The notes below the pieces were generated by a model. The model had not been told where the DNA came from and searched no databases. It saw only the letters and a list, made by a program, of their open reading frames with translations. From Scyliorhinus canicula (Eukaryota), in contig NC_052161.1 of the NCBI RefSeq assembly GCF_902713615.1, positions 132,702,678 to 132,766,677 on the forward strand: 64,000 nucleotides of DNA, in the 5' to 3' direction. Positions within the stretch are counted from its first letter, which is position 1; every line of letters begins with the position of its first letter. Positions 1 through 11,639 of the stretch are shown in pieces. The translations under genes were made by a program, and so were the position numbers.

Positions 1-113
1 CCAAACTGTCTCCACTGCCTCTATCTCACTGAAATGTAGGTGCCTCCACAGAATTCTGGTACCACCTGTTGTGAGAGCAGTGTGGGTTTTTCAGTGGGTT
101 TGGACCTGGTCAT

Positions 114-484
114 TATTTTTTTTAAAAATTAATTCTTGGGATGTGGGCGTCGCTGGGCAGGGCCAGCATTTGTTGTCCATCCCAAATTGCCCTTGAACTG
201 AGTGGCATGCTAGGCCATTTCAGTGGGTCTGGAGTCACGTGTGGGGCCAGACCGAGTAAGGACGGCAGATTTCCTTCCCTGAAGGACATTAGTGAACCAG
301 ATGGGTTTTTACGACAATCGGCAATGGTTTCATGGTCACCTTTAGACTTCTAATGCCAGATTTTTATTGAATTCAAATTACACCATCTGCCGTGGCAGGA
401 TTCGAACCCAGGACCCTCTAAGGCATTATCCTAGGCCTCTGGATTACTAATCGAGGGACAATACTACTAGGACACTGGCTCCCC
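114..484 (-). mobile_element. tRNA-derived SINE with RTE-X(L4)-like 3' tail (MamSINE1-like)
   Basis: B-box-like GGGTTCGAATCC head. Tail resembles ...GGGCAATTAGGGATGGGCAATAAATGCTGG...CAGCGACGCCCACATCCC followed by a poly-A. Confidence 0.7.
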
Positions 485-873
485 ATCATTTTACAAAATG
501 ATGAGGGAATTTGCTTAAAACTAAGCTCCCAAGCCTTCACCACCGAGGCCTATTACTATTATTATTAGAAGGATAAAGGCAGCAAATGCTGCCAAGTCAA
601 ACACTGTTTGAGCCTTTGCCTGTTAATGTGACTGAGATTAGCAAACTAACTGCAGACTACACCGACAGGCCTTCTCACTCTGTAAGGCACATTTATCACC
701 AGAGGTTCCTCGAAAGCTCAGGGAGTCATTTCCATCATGACACTAAAGTAGACTCAACTCCCTTTCCCAAAATACTTACCATGGCATTTCCGGAATTACT
801 GGATAAGATTACATTGAATGTACAGCACAGAAACCGGCCGGCCATTCGGCCCAACTCAACCGTACCGCCGTTA

Positions 874-1183
874 AATAATAATAATCTTCATTAATGTCAC
901 AAGGAGGTTTACATTATCACTACAATGAAATTACTGTGAAAAGCCCCTAGTCGTCACACTCCGGCGCCTGTTCGGGTACACTGAGGGAGAATTCAGAATG
1001 TCCAATTCACCTAACAAGCATGTCTTTCGGGACTTGTGGGAGGAAACCGGGGCTCCCGGAGGAAACCCACGCAACTAGGAGGGAACATGCAGACTCCGCA
1101 CGGACAGTGACCCAAGCTGGGAATTGAACCCGGGTGCCTGGCACTGTGAAGCGTCTGTGCTAACCACTGTGTTACAGTGCCAC
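874..1183 (-). mobile_element. HE1/V-SINE head with Rex1-like tail and (TTA)n end
   Basis: V-domain plus tail ...GGGGCTTTTCACAGTAA...TGTGACA..(TTA)n. Confidence 0.8.
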
Positions 1184-1347
1184 CCTCCTCCACGTGACCA
1201 TGTGACTCTCCTCTCATTTCCATCTGTCTCATCAAAGCCTGTCAGTATATCTTTCTATCACCTTTTCTCTCATTCGCTCATCTAGTTTCCTTTTGAAAAC
1301 TACTTGCCTCCAACACTTCCTGTGGTAGTGGATTCGACATTCTAATG

Positions 1348-1826
1348 CAGGGGTGAGCAAATTTTTCCGTGCAAGGGCCACATTCAGAAATTCACAATTT
1401 TAAAGGGCCGCATAGTATATTAATTAATAGTCCCGGTTGTAACCAATTAGCGTGCGGCATATACCTCAGCGCTTCCCCCGGCGGCATCCTGCCTTTAGCC
1501 CTCTTTTTCTCTACTTTTCAAAAATGGCGCTTCACCCGGTTATGATTCTGGGCGCCTCATATAGAACATAGAACAGTACAGCACAGAACAGGCCCTTCGG
1601 CCCTCGATGTTGTGCTGATCAATTATCACCCTACTCAAGTCAACGTATCCACCCTATACCAGTAACCCAACAGCCCCCCCCATTAACCTTATTAAAAAAA
1701 AAATAATTATTAAAAAAAAACTTTTTTTTTAAAAATGTTTTTTTTTGATGACTTGATCATGGTGGGCCGCATAAAGACCTTTGGTGGGCCGCATGCGGCC
1801 CGCGGGCCGTAGTTTGCCCACCCCTG
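1348..1826. mobile_element. hAT (Charlie-like) MITE containing a CR1-tail fragment
   Basis: TIRs CAGGGGTG(A/G)GCAAA. Perfect 8-bp TSD TTCTAATG (1340-1347 and 1827-1834). Confidence 0.85.
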
Positions 1827-2085
1827 TTCTAATGACTCTCAGAGTGAAGACATTTCTCCTTATTTCCCTGGACAAAAGTCAGATTAAGTGAAAAGATGGA
1901 TTCACTGAATTTTGATGAATCTCAGTTAATATTATTTTCAATTAATCTGATGGTTTCTTTCAGCTGAAGAATGTAAACATCACATTTAAAGTAAGGGGGG
2001 GGGGGGTGCGGTGGGGTGGGGCAGGGAGAACTCTGTTGCGTTGAGGTAAAAATGAATAGAGGGCAAATTGAAGGAAGGTTTTCTT

Positions 2086-2091
2086 TTTATT
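2086..2091 (-). other. Candidate polyadenylation signal AATAAA for TTLL10
   Basis: tttatt on + strand, about 235 nt downstream of the stop, followed by a U-rich tract on the minus strand. Confidence 0.45.
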
Positions 2092-2324
2092 CCAGAAACA
2101 ACGTAGCCAATACAGTCCAATCAGGGATATTTTCTATTGATTTACAGGTGATTATAAACACTGACTTATTTTACGGAACAGCGCTCATTTCAATGAGATG
2201 GTATTGTCAAGCATGGAATCAACTGTTTTTTAAGAAGATGGTTGGAATTTAAAAACAACCTTGCGAGCGGCTAAATTCGTTCCTGACGGGAGGATTTGCG
2301 ATTTTCCATTCCGACCATCGCTGA

Positions 2325-2944
2325 CTAGGCCGCATCACCAGATTGGGCCTTGTTCTCCTTGGAGCTCATCTTCAGCTCGGATGGTTTTTTGACCATCTTG
2401 TTAATATACCGGGGGTGAAAGGTGCTGCTGACTGACAAGGGGCTGCTCTCCGACCTTTGGTATTGCTGGGAGCTGGTGTGCGTGTTTTTGGTGACCAAAG
2501 GTTTTAACTGCGCGGCAATCGGCAATTTTTTGAAAGCGTCCACACCTCTGCTGGTTTTTAGTTGGTTCTGTTCGCCTGAAGTGGTACCAGCCAGTTGGCG
2601 GCTTGCCGGGGGGTTGTTCTTCAATGTTAGTGAGATGGCTGGCAACTTCATGTAAGGCACCAAGGAAACCGTGTTCTGAAGGCCCTTCACTGGAACAACG
2701 ATGTGGTCTGAAGAGGCCGTAGGCTTTTGCATAGGATTGTTCTCGGTGCGTTTTACAGAACCCAGAGCCACGTGGTGAGGTTGCTTATGAACTGTTGGTG
2801 ACATGTTGCTTTCTGTCCTCGCCATAAGCTTCGTAAGCTTTTCCTGGTGGCACCCAGTGTACAACAGGACAAACTCTCTTTGTGACTGAAGGGGCAAGGC
2901 CTGCAATCCTTTACTGCACTTGTTGAATATCTCAACTACTACAT
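2325..2944 (-). CDS. TTLL10: TTLL10 last coding exon (DVVVEIFNKCSKGLQALPLQSQREFVLLY..., then a long basic S/T-rich tail and TAG stop)
   Basis: Acceptor ttcttag at 2945-2951. Phase 1 matches the upstream exon. N-terminal part resembles TTLL10 'DLVLETFRKS...LPLLSQRRFVLL'. Stop at 2325-2327. Confidence 0.9.
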
Positions 2945-3085
2945 CTAAGAAGAGATAAGAAATATTGTTGAAAGCAACCCTTTGATAGTTTATGACAGCA
3001 AAATTCATTTCACTGCTTGAGAAATGTCAACGGTTGCCACAAATCTCCTTCTGCAACAGAATGACGTAGGTAGCTATCATCTTAC

Positions 3086-3179
3086 CAAGAGCTTCGTACA
3101 CTAATTTAGGGATGACTGTTTTGAGAACTTCACAGTGTCTCTGTAAAGATGGATTGGCGTTCATCTCCAATAACCAAAT
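3086..3179 (-). CDS. TTLL10: TTLL10 exon IWLLEMNANPSLQRHCEVLKTVIPKLVYEAL (catalytic E-x-N motif)
   Basis: Manually translated (not in the ORF track). tttttcag acceptor, gtaag donor, 94 nt, phase 0->1. Confidence 0.95.
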
Positions 3180-3929
3180 CTGAAAAACAGATCAAACGCA
3201 GAACTGTTAATCCCTGCGTGCGCCTTCCATCTTTAGTTTCGACGGCACTGGTTGGAGCCATGGGTGGAGTGGCCTTTCACCCCTCCGATTGGATTTCAAC
3301 GCAGCTCGGGTACATTTCCCATGTTTATTGCCTGTAAGGTTCCTGCGTGAAACTAATTTATTTTTACAATCATTAACCATTTGATAACAAAATTATTCGG
3401 ACCACAGATTTTAAAGGTGAAAAAATGCCATTGTGTTAGAAATGGGAGAACATCACACTGGCATCATAAGGAGAGGCTTTCTGAAGGACAGGATGTTGCA
3501 GTTAATTAATTCTTTCTTTGAATTGCAATGGTTATTGAGCAAGTAATCGCACATGTCATGGATAACCGGTACGCTTTCCGTGCTGTTGTTCGAGAGAGGA
3601 ATGTTGGCCAGGACATCAGGAAGGGGGAGTTCCCTAAACACCCTGTAATAGCATTTATTACATCTACTGACACATTATAATTTGAAATGCGTTGAAGATT
3701 TGCGTTAATCTGACATTCGCAGTATTTGATTGATGCCGTTGGGTCAATGGACACAGCTTCATTAGTGAAGAGAAGCCTTCACTTATACTAACCATTTGCC
3801 ATTGACGTGGATGTGGCTACTAACAGATGTGTGCTCTGGGACCCGCGTGATATCCCTCCTTAGATCCTCCTCTTCTTTCTGCAAATATTCAGACAGAAGG
3901 ATCCCTGCTCAAAAAAAAAACATTGTTTT

Positions 3930-4780
3930 GCTAAAGGGACTGGTGTGGGGCTCAAAGACACGGGTTTAAACCCCACCACTGCAGCTGGTGGCATTTAAAT
4001 TCAATCAATAAAATCTGTAATTGAAAGCTGGTCTCAGTCATGGTGATTGTGAAACTATCACTGAATGTTGCAAAAAACCATCGGGTTCGCTAATGCCTTT
4101 TCAGGAAGGAAATCTGCCATCCTCAGGCGACACCAGATCCACGGCAATGTGGTTGTCTTTTAACTGCCCTGTGAAACAGCCCAGCAAGACCACCCTGTGA
4201 AACAGCCCAGCAAGACCACCCTGTGAAACAGCCCAGCAAGACCACCCTGTGAAACAGCCCAGCAAGACCACCCTGTGAAACAGCCCAGCAAGACCACCCT
4301 GTGAAACAGCCCAGCAAGACCATCCTCTGAAACGGCCCAGCAAGACCACCCTGTGAAACAGCCCAGTGAGACCACCCTGTGAAACGGCCCAGCAAGACCA
4401 CCCTGTGAAACAGCCCAGCAAGACCACCCTGTGAAACAGCCCAGCAAGACCACCCTGTGAAACAGCCCAGCAAGACCACCCTGTGAAACAGCCCAGCAAG
4501 ACCACCCTGTGAAACAGCCCAGCAAGACCATCCTCTGAAACGGCCCAGCAAGACCACCCTGTGAAACAGCCCAGTGAGACCACCCTGTGAAACGGCCCAG
4601 CAAGACCACCCTGTGAAACAGCCCAGCAAGACCACCCTGTGAAACAGCCCAGTGAGACCACCCTGTGAAACGGCCCAGCAAGACCACCCTGTGAAACGGC
4701 CCAGCAAGACCAGTCCATCCAAGGGCAATTACGGGTGGGCAACAAATGTTGGCCTTGCCAACGACGCCCACAAAGAAAAA
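3930..4780 (+). mobile_element. MamSINE1-like SINE containing an internal minisatellite
   Basis: Same body and tail as 114-484, in the opposite orientation. Confidence 0.7.
4166..4711. repeat. 26-bp minisatellite (CCCTGTGAAACAGCCCAGCAAGACCA), about 21 copies
   Basis: Direct tandem units with no spacers. It explains the 26-aa periodic ORFs in all three minus frames. Confidence 0.95.
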
Positions 4781-4869
4781 GGTTTCCACCAGCAGGACTA
4801 ACAGTAACCAGGGGGCGCTGATTTACGATCAGGAGGCGAAAAAGCAGCAGGGAGATGAGGAGAATTTTT

Positions 4870-5060
4870 GGGCGGGAGTCTCTTGCCTCCCAGTCGCAGT
4901 AGACACCCACATGCTGGTGGCGGGATTCTCTGTTCCTGCCACTGTCGATGGTATTTCCCATTGAAGTCACCCCACGCCACCAGGAAACCCGTGTGTGGGC
5001 GTGCACTGCCAGCGGGATCAGAGAATCTCGCTACCATCGAACAGATGGAGAATTCCAGCC
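4870..5060. mobile_element. Short PIF/Harbinger-type MITE
   Basis: GGGCGGGAGTCTC...GAGAATTCCAGCC termini, TTT flanks. Same body as 8378-8599. Confidence 0.6.
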
Positions 5061-5911
5061 TTTATGCCTGAAATGATGATGGTAACGGATTCAGTGGTAT
5101 TTTTCAATAGGGAATGAGATAATTGAGGGACTAGAGCAGGGTAACAAGACTGACTGGACTGCTGTACAGAGGGGTAGTATGGACTCACTGGGCCAAATGG
5201 CCCTGTCTGTGCCCGATTCACTTTATAACAATTACCACTGAAGCTGATGAGAACTAAGCGCCAAAAGGGGAAACAAAACGCAAAGTGGAAAGGTTGAGGA
5301 ATGGACACTTATTGCTCAACGACTTCAAGTGTATCACCTGGAAAATGTTATTCACAATTTCAATAAGTTTGCAAACCTTCAGGATTTGCTCATATTTTAA
5401 GTATCTTCTTGATGGTGCTGGACAGCTGTCATTCTTACGCAACTCTAGCTTACAGTATTCTACCTTATTTTCTCTTACCTGCTCGATTGGCATATCCTCA
5501 GGTTTTCTTTTAACAATGAGAACATGTATTGGTGAACTAAAAGTAGAACTTGCTTGAAGGTCTGTTTCTCCCTCCACAGATTCTGCCTGACCTGTTTGTC
5601 AGCGTTTACTATTTTTCTTTCAGATTCCTGGTATTTGCAGTATTTAGCTTTGATGTACCTCATTTTCAGTTAGATTTTATGTGCTTTTCTTAGCCAACCC
5701 CTTGACCCAAATGTTAACATTAGACTAAGCATTTTTTTTTTTACTTAAGGCTTATAACTTTTCAGTAGCCTTAGCTGAGCACTGCCTGTGTGAACGAAAA
5801 CTTTAGACCCCAGTTTGCTGATTTGCCTTCTCCCTCCCACAGGGGCTGACTGTAATTTCAGCACCCCTATCATGAAGGTCCTTGAATTGCTGATTCCTTC
5901 TCCCCCGTGTG

Positions 5912-6438
5912 GGGCAGGATTCTCCGACCCCCCGCTGGGTTGGAGAATCGGCAGGGGCCGGCATGAATCCCACCCCCACCGGCTGCCGAATTATCCGGCG
6001 CCGGAGATTTGGCAGGGGTGGGAATCACACCGTGCCGATTGCCCCCCCCCCCCAGCGATTCTCAGGGCCCACCGATCCACAGGTGGGCCTGTGCCGTGGG
6101 GGCCACTCTATTCCTACCCGCCGGCCGTGTAAGCCGCCGCAATGTTCGCGCAAAGGTGAACCCCCCCCCCCCGCATGCGCGGGGATGACGTCAGCAGCCG
6201 CCGACGCTCCCGCGCATGCACGGGCCCGTGCTGGCTGGCGGAGCACCTTCGGCCCCGGCTGCCGCGGTGACAAAGGCCTTCCACGCCAGCCGGCGGGGCG
6301 CAAACCACTCCGGTGCCAGCCTAGCCCCTGACGATGTGGAGGATTCCGCACCTTTGGGGCGGCCAGACGCCAGAGTGGTTCCCGGCACTCCATCCCGCCG
6401 GGACCCTCCACCCTGCCGGGTACGGGAGAATCCCGCCC
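5912..6438. mobile_element. GC-rich PIF/Harbinger-type MITE
   Basis: TIR GGGCAGGATTCTCC / GGAGAATCCCGCCC. Body similar to the reverse complement of 28373-29054. No TSD match. Confidence 0.8.
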
Positions 6439-8377
6439 GATCCTCAGAAATTGCCGGTTCAAAGCCACCGCATCCTCGTGTTTTGTTAGTGACGGTTAAT
6501 TAAGGGGAGATACAAATATTCCCACTTTTTCTTACCATTATAAGAATTCTAAGGCCGAGACCCTATAAACAGTCAATGTACAGATACCGTCCTTCATTTT
6601 ACCCTGGGGTTGTTCACTCTGCAGAGTTCTGGCATCATAGGCAGCCATTTACTGGAATCGACAAGAGGATTTCCCTTTCCCATTCATTCCCTCCCCTCCC
6701 TTTCAACGATGGGGATTCATTATTGTGCAGTGTTTCGCATACGTTATTAATACAATCCAAATAAACGATGGCTGTGTGAATGCAATGTCAGACGCTGCCA
6801 CCTGTGTGTGTTTGATTGGGTCTGGGGACTACTAGGCAACAGGTTCGAAGCTACCAGAAAACTAACAAACTATTGTTCCCGATCTTTGCTGAAAAATACC
6901 CTGGGACAAAGAGCCGATAATTAGATTTGTGAAGTGGGTAATTTGGCAAGTCAATAAACAATGGCAAACAAGGTCACCTCAAACACTGCACTTTGTCCTT
7001 CAAAGCATTTTGTATATCACTGCACAACTTAGCATAGAAAATGAGAGGATTAGGCCATTCGGTTCTTCAAGCCTGCTCCACCGTTCAATATATTCAGGGC
7101 TGACCCTCTAACTCAATGCCCCCACAATCCTCCACTCTCCCCATCCCCCTTGATGCCTCTTATTCCTATCATAACGATTCCTTCTGTTATTCCAATCTAA
7201 TTTCAGGTTATCAACATCACTGAAAGCAAAGATAACCCCTGCCATCTTGACCACAATATCAGCTATCAATTAACCTCCCTTCCTTGCCCACTCCAGCCTC
7301 GCCTCCAACAATTGTGAAGGAACTTGTAGATTTTCTTGTCACTAACTATAAGATCATCCTTTCACCTGCCTCTGCTTTACCACCCCCAGTCCCTTGTCCA
7401 CAAAGCCATACCTCTCATCTCTAATATTCACACTCCCTCCCACCTGTATCGTTCTCTCGTTCTTCTCCTATCTTCCCTCATGGTGTCCCTGAGCTTATTA
7501 TCCTGCCCATGTGAACTATCTCCTGCTGCTGTTATAGTGTTGACTAACCAGCTTCCTTTCCTTTGCCGCCCGGGCTTGGTGACATTGTAAATAGTTTACT
7601 AAATAGTCCTCCGGTAACGTCCGCTCTCTTTTAAAACTACGAACATCGTCCTAAGGTTCTCGCTCAACTTCTCTATCCTTGAAAATTGCCATCCCACCTC
7701 CAATTGCCCTCTCCAAACTTCTTGAAGCTGTTGTGCCCCAAGAGATGTGTTCCCATCCTTCTTGCAACTTCATGCTTGAGTGTGTCAAATCAGGTTTCTG
7801 TCCAATCTACAGCGTTATAAACGTCCGAATTAACGTCGCAAAATGGCATCTTCTGTGATCACTGTCATGGCGCATAATTGACTTACCCGTGTTTACTGAT
7901 GACACCCTGCTCCACAACTGCACCATCCAGTCCCATTGCCTCTGAATCCATCTCCCATTATTAATTTGATGGTTAAAAACTTCAGTGTCATATTTTCCCT
8001 GAACAGACCTTCCACCTCAGTTACATCACTCACTCCTGCCCCATCTCAATCCATCTGCTGTTGAAACCTAATTTCTGCCTGTCATCTCTAGCCTTAACTA
8101 TTCCAGAGACAAAGCTCTCAAGGCCAGGCAGTTATGCAAAGAAAACTCCTCTGCACTTCTTTGAATCGTACCATAGGATAGTACTATTTGATGTCTACCT
8201 TTTTGTTCAAAACGTTATTCCTTTCTCAGAGTTACAAAGTCAATGTGCAGAGTGAGCAGGACAAGACCTTAATCCAACTCCTTGCTTGCTCCAAAGAACA
8301 ATTGAAATTCAAATTGAATCCAGTTCATTGTCCCCCACAAAAGAGACATACTAGATCCAGGCTGACAAGATCACCTG

Positions 8378-8599
8378 GGGCTAGATTCTCCATTGCGAGT
8401 CCGCCCTGCTACCGCTGCTAGCATAGACGGAGAATTTGGTCGCCATGTTCGGTAATGACAGGATTCTCTACTCCCGCTGCTTGTCAATCGGATTACCCAT
8501 TGAAACCATCCCACACCGCCAGGAAACTCATGGACAGGGGTTCACTGCCGGTGCAAACAATGAGTCTTGCCACCAGTGATTGGCCAGAGAATCCTGCCC
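8378..8599. mobile_element. Short PIF/Harbinger-type MITE
   Basis: TIR GGGCTAGATTCTC / GAGAATCCTGCCC, 3-bp TSD CTG. Confidence 0.8.
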
Positions 8600-8756
8600 C
8601 TGATCTTACGCTTGATCCGACGTTCGATCTTAATTAAAAGGCAGAGAAGCAACTATTTGATATCTACCTGGCAACGTCATTTGGTTTGTGTCAACCAACT
8701 TCCACAGTGCAACACACATTCAGTACTGCAGTCAAGTCTCAGACTGGATTAGTTAT

Positions 8757-9057
8757 GGGTGGCAAGGTGGCACAGTGGTTAGCACTGCTGCCTCACAGCG
8801 CCAGGGACGCAGCTTCAATTCTTACCTTAGGTGACTGTCTGTGTGGGGTTTACTCAAGCAGTCCAAAACTGTGCAGGTTAGGTGGAAATGGCCATACTTA
8901 ATTGCCCCCTTATGTTCAAAAATAGGTTGGGTGGAGTTCTGGGGTAGGGTGGGGGCACGGGCATCAATGGGTGCTCCTTCGGGGGGGGGGGGGGTTCCGT
9001 GCAAACTCAATGGGCAGAACTGCCTCCTTCTGCACTGTAGGGATTCTATGATTCTAG
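8757..9057 (+). mobile_element. HE1/V-SINE with CR1-like tail
   Basis: Head GGTGGCACAGTGGTTAGCACTGCTGCCTCAC. Tail CCTCCTTCTGCACTGTAGGGATTCTATG. Confidence 0.8.
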
Positions 9058-9289
9058 TATTCAAATCACTGCTGTGGGCTTTGGAACCTGAGGCTTGTAG
9101 GATAGCTTAGACTGTGACAAATAAGCTAAGGCTGATGTTAACGACAAGTAGGATTACAAATAAATTCCGCAAGAAACCGCCTTAGTCTTAGAAAATTCAA
9201 CATTCATCATCTGCTCCCCACATTAGCCAATTAGACCATATCTGATTCACCTATTCAATACTTAACCCTCTAACTTTAAATCTCATTAA

Positions 9290-10334
9290 TGTGACAAACG
9301 TAGAATTTGATATATTTTATATTTCATATTTGTGGCAGTAATAGTATTTAAAAACCTTGGTTTAAAATACATACAGGTTAAATCTGTACATAAAGAGTCA
9401 TAAAAGGTGGGGTAATGATAGATTCCAACCACCTACTTGGTTCCAGATGAAGGGAATCATGTTTTGATTGCTGAAGATTCTCTGGAGTGTAGATAATTTA
9501 TGAGGGTCTGGTGTTTAGTCCTTGCTAAGCAGGTCTTTGAATTTAGTGGGATAAAGGTGATGTAATTAATGGGAGGAACCTGGTCTGTCTGTATTTTTGC
9601 ACTCTGTTATAGGATTTTAAGTTGGACAGGAGTTTGGCTAAATGCTGTTAGGTTGAGCAGTTTGCCATAGGATTTAAGTCTGACAAGACAGAAGTGTACT
9701 GGATCTGCTCTTGAAAGCGTCTCTCTCTGAACATATCTACACAGAAGATCGCAAGTAAATCTGCTGTGTTAACTTTATTTATAAGTGGCATTTGAACTTT
9801 ATCGGGTTGCTTAATCTGGATTGATGGCAGCTGTAGATAGTAAGTTAATGGTTTCTCTTTTATTTAAGAACTGTTTTACTGATAAATGTAAAGCTATTTC
9901 TTTGATGTTAATGTAGTCAATCCTGTGCTTAAATTAAAGTATGTTTTAACATCAACGGGACCGAATGGTCAGAGTCACCATTCTCGGGCTTTAGTATCCT
10001 TTTCCCACAATTTTACAAATAGGAGAATTGTTTTGGGGTCTCTTCCGGTATCCTTTTTTTTTTTTATAAATTTAGAATACCCAATTCATTTTTCCAATTA
10101 AGGGGCAATTTAGTGAGGCCAATCCACCTACTCTGCACATCTTTGGGTTGTGGGGGCGAAACCCACGCAAACACGGGGAGAATGTGCAAACTCCACACAG
10201 ACAGTGACCCAGAGCCGGGATTCGAACCTGGGACCTCGGCGCCGTGAGGCAACAGGGCTAACCCACTGCGCCACCGTGCTGCCCTCTCTTCCGGTATCCT
10301 AACAAAAGTTGTGATCTGGTCCGGTATTCTCACA
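9290..10334 (+). mobile_element. Possible degenerate long LTR interrupted by a SINE
   Basis: TGTGAC start and ...TAACA/CTCACA end with LTR-like composition. No TSD found. Confidence 0.3.
10055..10284 (-). mobile_element. HE1/V-SINE with short A-tail and 16-bp TSD
   Basis: TSD TCTCTTCCGGTATCCT at 10039-10054 and 10285-10300. Confidence 0.9.
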
Positions 10335-10411
10335 TTGCCAATCAGATGGTTATTCATCCACTATATAGAGGAGTTAATCCACAAAGAATCACGACTGTTT
10401 GCACATTCAGT

Positions 10412-10707
10412 AATAATAATAATAATAATAAATCTTTATTGCCACAAGTAGGCTTACATTAACACTGCAATGAAGTTACTGTGAAAAGCCCCTAGTCACC
10501 ACACTCCGGCGCCTGTTCGGTACACAGAGGGAGAATTCAGAATGTTCAATTCACCGAACAAGCCCATCTTTTGGGACTTGTGGGAGGAAACCGGAGCACC
10601 CGGAGGGAACCCACGCAGATGCGGGGAGAATGTGCAGACAGTGACCCAAGCCGGGAATGGAACCCGGATCCCTGGCGCTCTGAAGCAACAGTGCTAAGCA
10701 CTGTGCC
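10412..10707 (-). mobile_element. HE1/V-SINE head with Rex1-like tail
   Basis: Same structure as 874-1183, with a (TAA)n end. Confidence 0.8.
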
Positions 10708-10912
10708 AGAGAAAATAAATTCCCATCTTCCCCAGGATGTTAATTCCGAACCTTCAGTTCTCTTCCGAGAGTGCAAGTTGAATTATCTCTTTACATCCAC
10801 AACAGCTTCCAACTCCCTCGGTATTTAAATACTGGATCATTTCAACATTCTTTTGTCCAATGGGAGTGAAAGAGTTCAACATGTGGAGGTTCCCCCCGCC
10901 CCCCAACCTACA

Positions 10913-11259
10913 TGGGTCAGCATGGTAGCACAGCGGTTAGCACAGTTGCTTCACACTTCCAGGGTCCCAGGTTCGATTCCCGGCTTGGGTCACTGTCTGT
11001 GCAGAGTCTACACGTTCTCCCCGTGTCTGTGTGGGTTTCCTCCGGGTGCTCCGGTTTCCTCCCACAGTCCAAAGATGTGTGGGTTAGGTGGACTGGCCAT
11101 GCTAAATTGCCATTAGTGGCCAAAAAAATGTTAAGTGGGAGTTACTGGATTACGGGGATAGGGTAGATATGTGGGATTCAATAGGGTGCTCTTTGTAAGG
11201 GATGGTGCAGACTCGATGGGCCGAATGGCCTCCTTCTGCACTGTAAATTCTATGATTCT
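10913..11259 (+). mobile_element. HE1/V-SINE with CR1-like tail
   Basis: tRNA head, V-domain, tail ...GGCCTCCTTCTGCACTGTAAATTCTATGATTCT. Confidence 0.85.
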
Positions 11260-11380
11260 GTGAAAACAGGCATCAATGAAACATCTGTATGGAGCTGACT
11301 GCCACTGGGTATGAAGTCAATCCACTTAATCTCAGAATGAACAAAACTGTACAGCAGAACACAATGAAAATTGCAATTAC

Positions 11381-11497
11381 CTTGAAGTTCTGATCCACCA
11401 TAAAGTCGCAACCCAGGAGATTGAAGTAGCCCAGTTTGCATTCCAGTTTCCCCTTGACGGCGAGGAAACATTGTATCATGATCTTCCGCATTCTCTT
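11381..11497 (-). CDS. TTLL10: TTLL10 exon KRMRKIMIQCFLAVKGKLECKLGYFNLLGCDFMVDQNFK
   Basis: GCDF ATP-grasp motif. cag/gtaa boundaries, 117 nt, phase 0->0. Confidence 0.95.
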
Positions 11498-11639
11498 CTG
11501 CAAAGAGGTTATGAAGCTTGGAATTACATGGTTTATTGTTTATTGACCCAGGCAGTCTATCTCTCATTTAGGCCTATCTCTGTTTCCCATCCGTTCTGCC
11601 CACCTCCCCCACATACCCTTCCTGGATTCCCAATCAATC

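Noticed and set aside
4101-5006. Long ORFs (201-301 aa) and a CRISPR-like look of the 26-bp repeat
   Set aside because: The units are contiguous with no unique spacers, there are no cas genes, and the context is a eukaryotic intron. The ORFs are open in three frames only because the unit has no stop.
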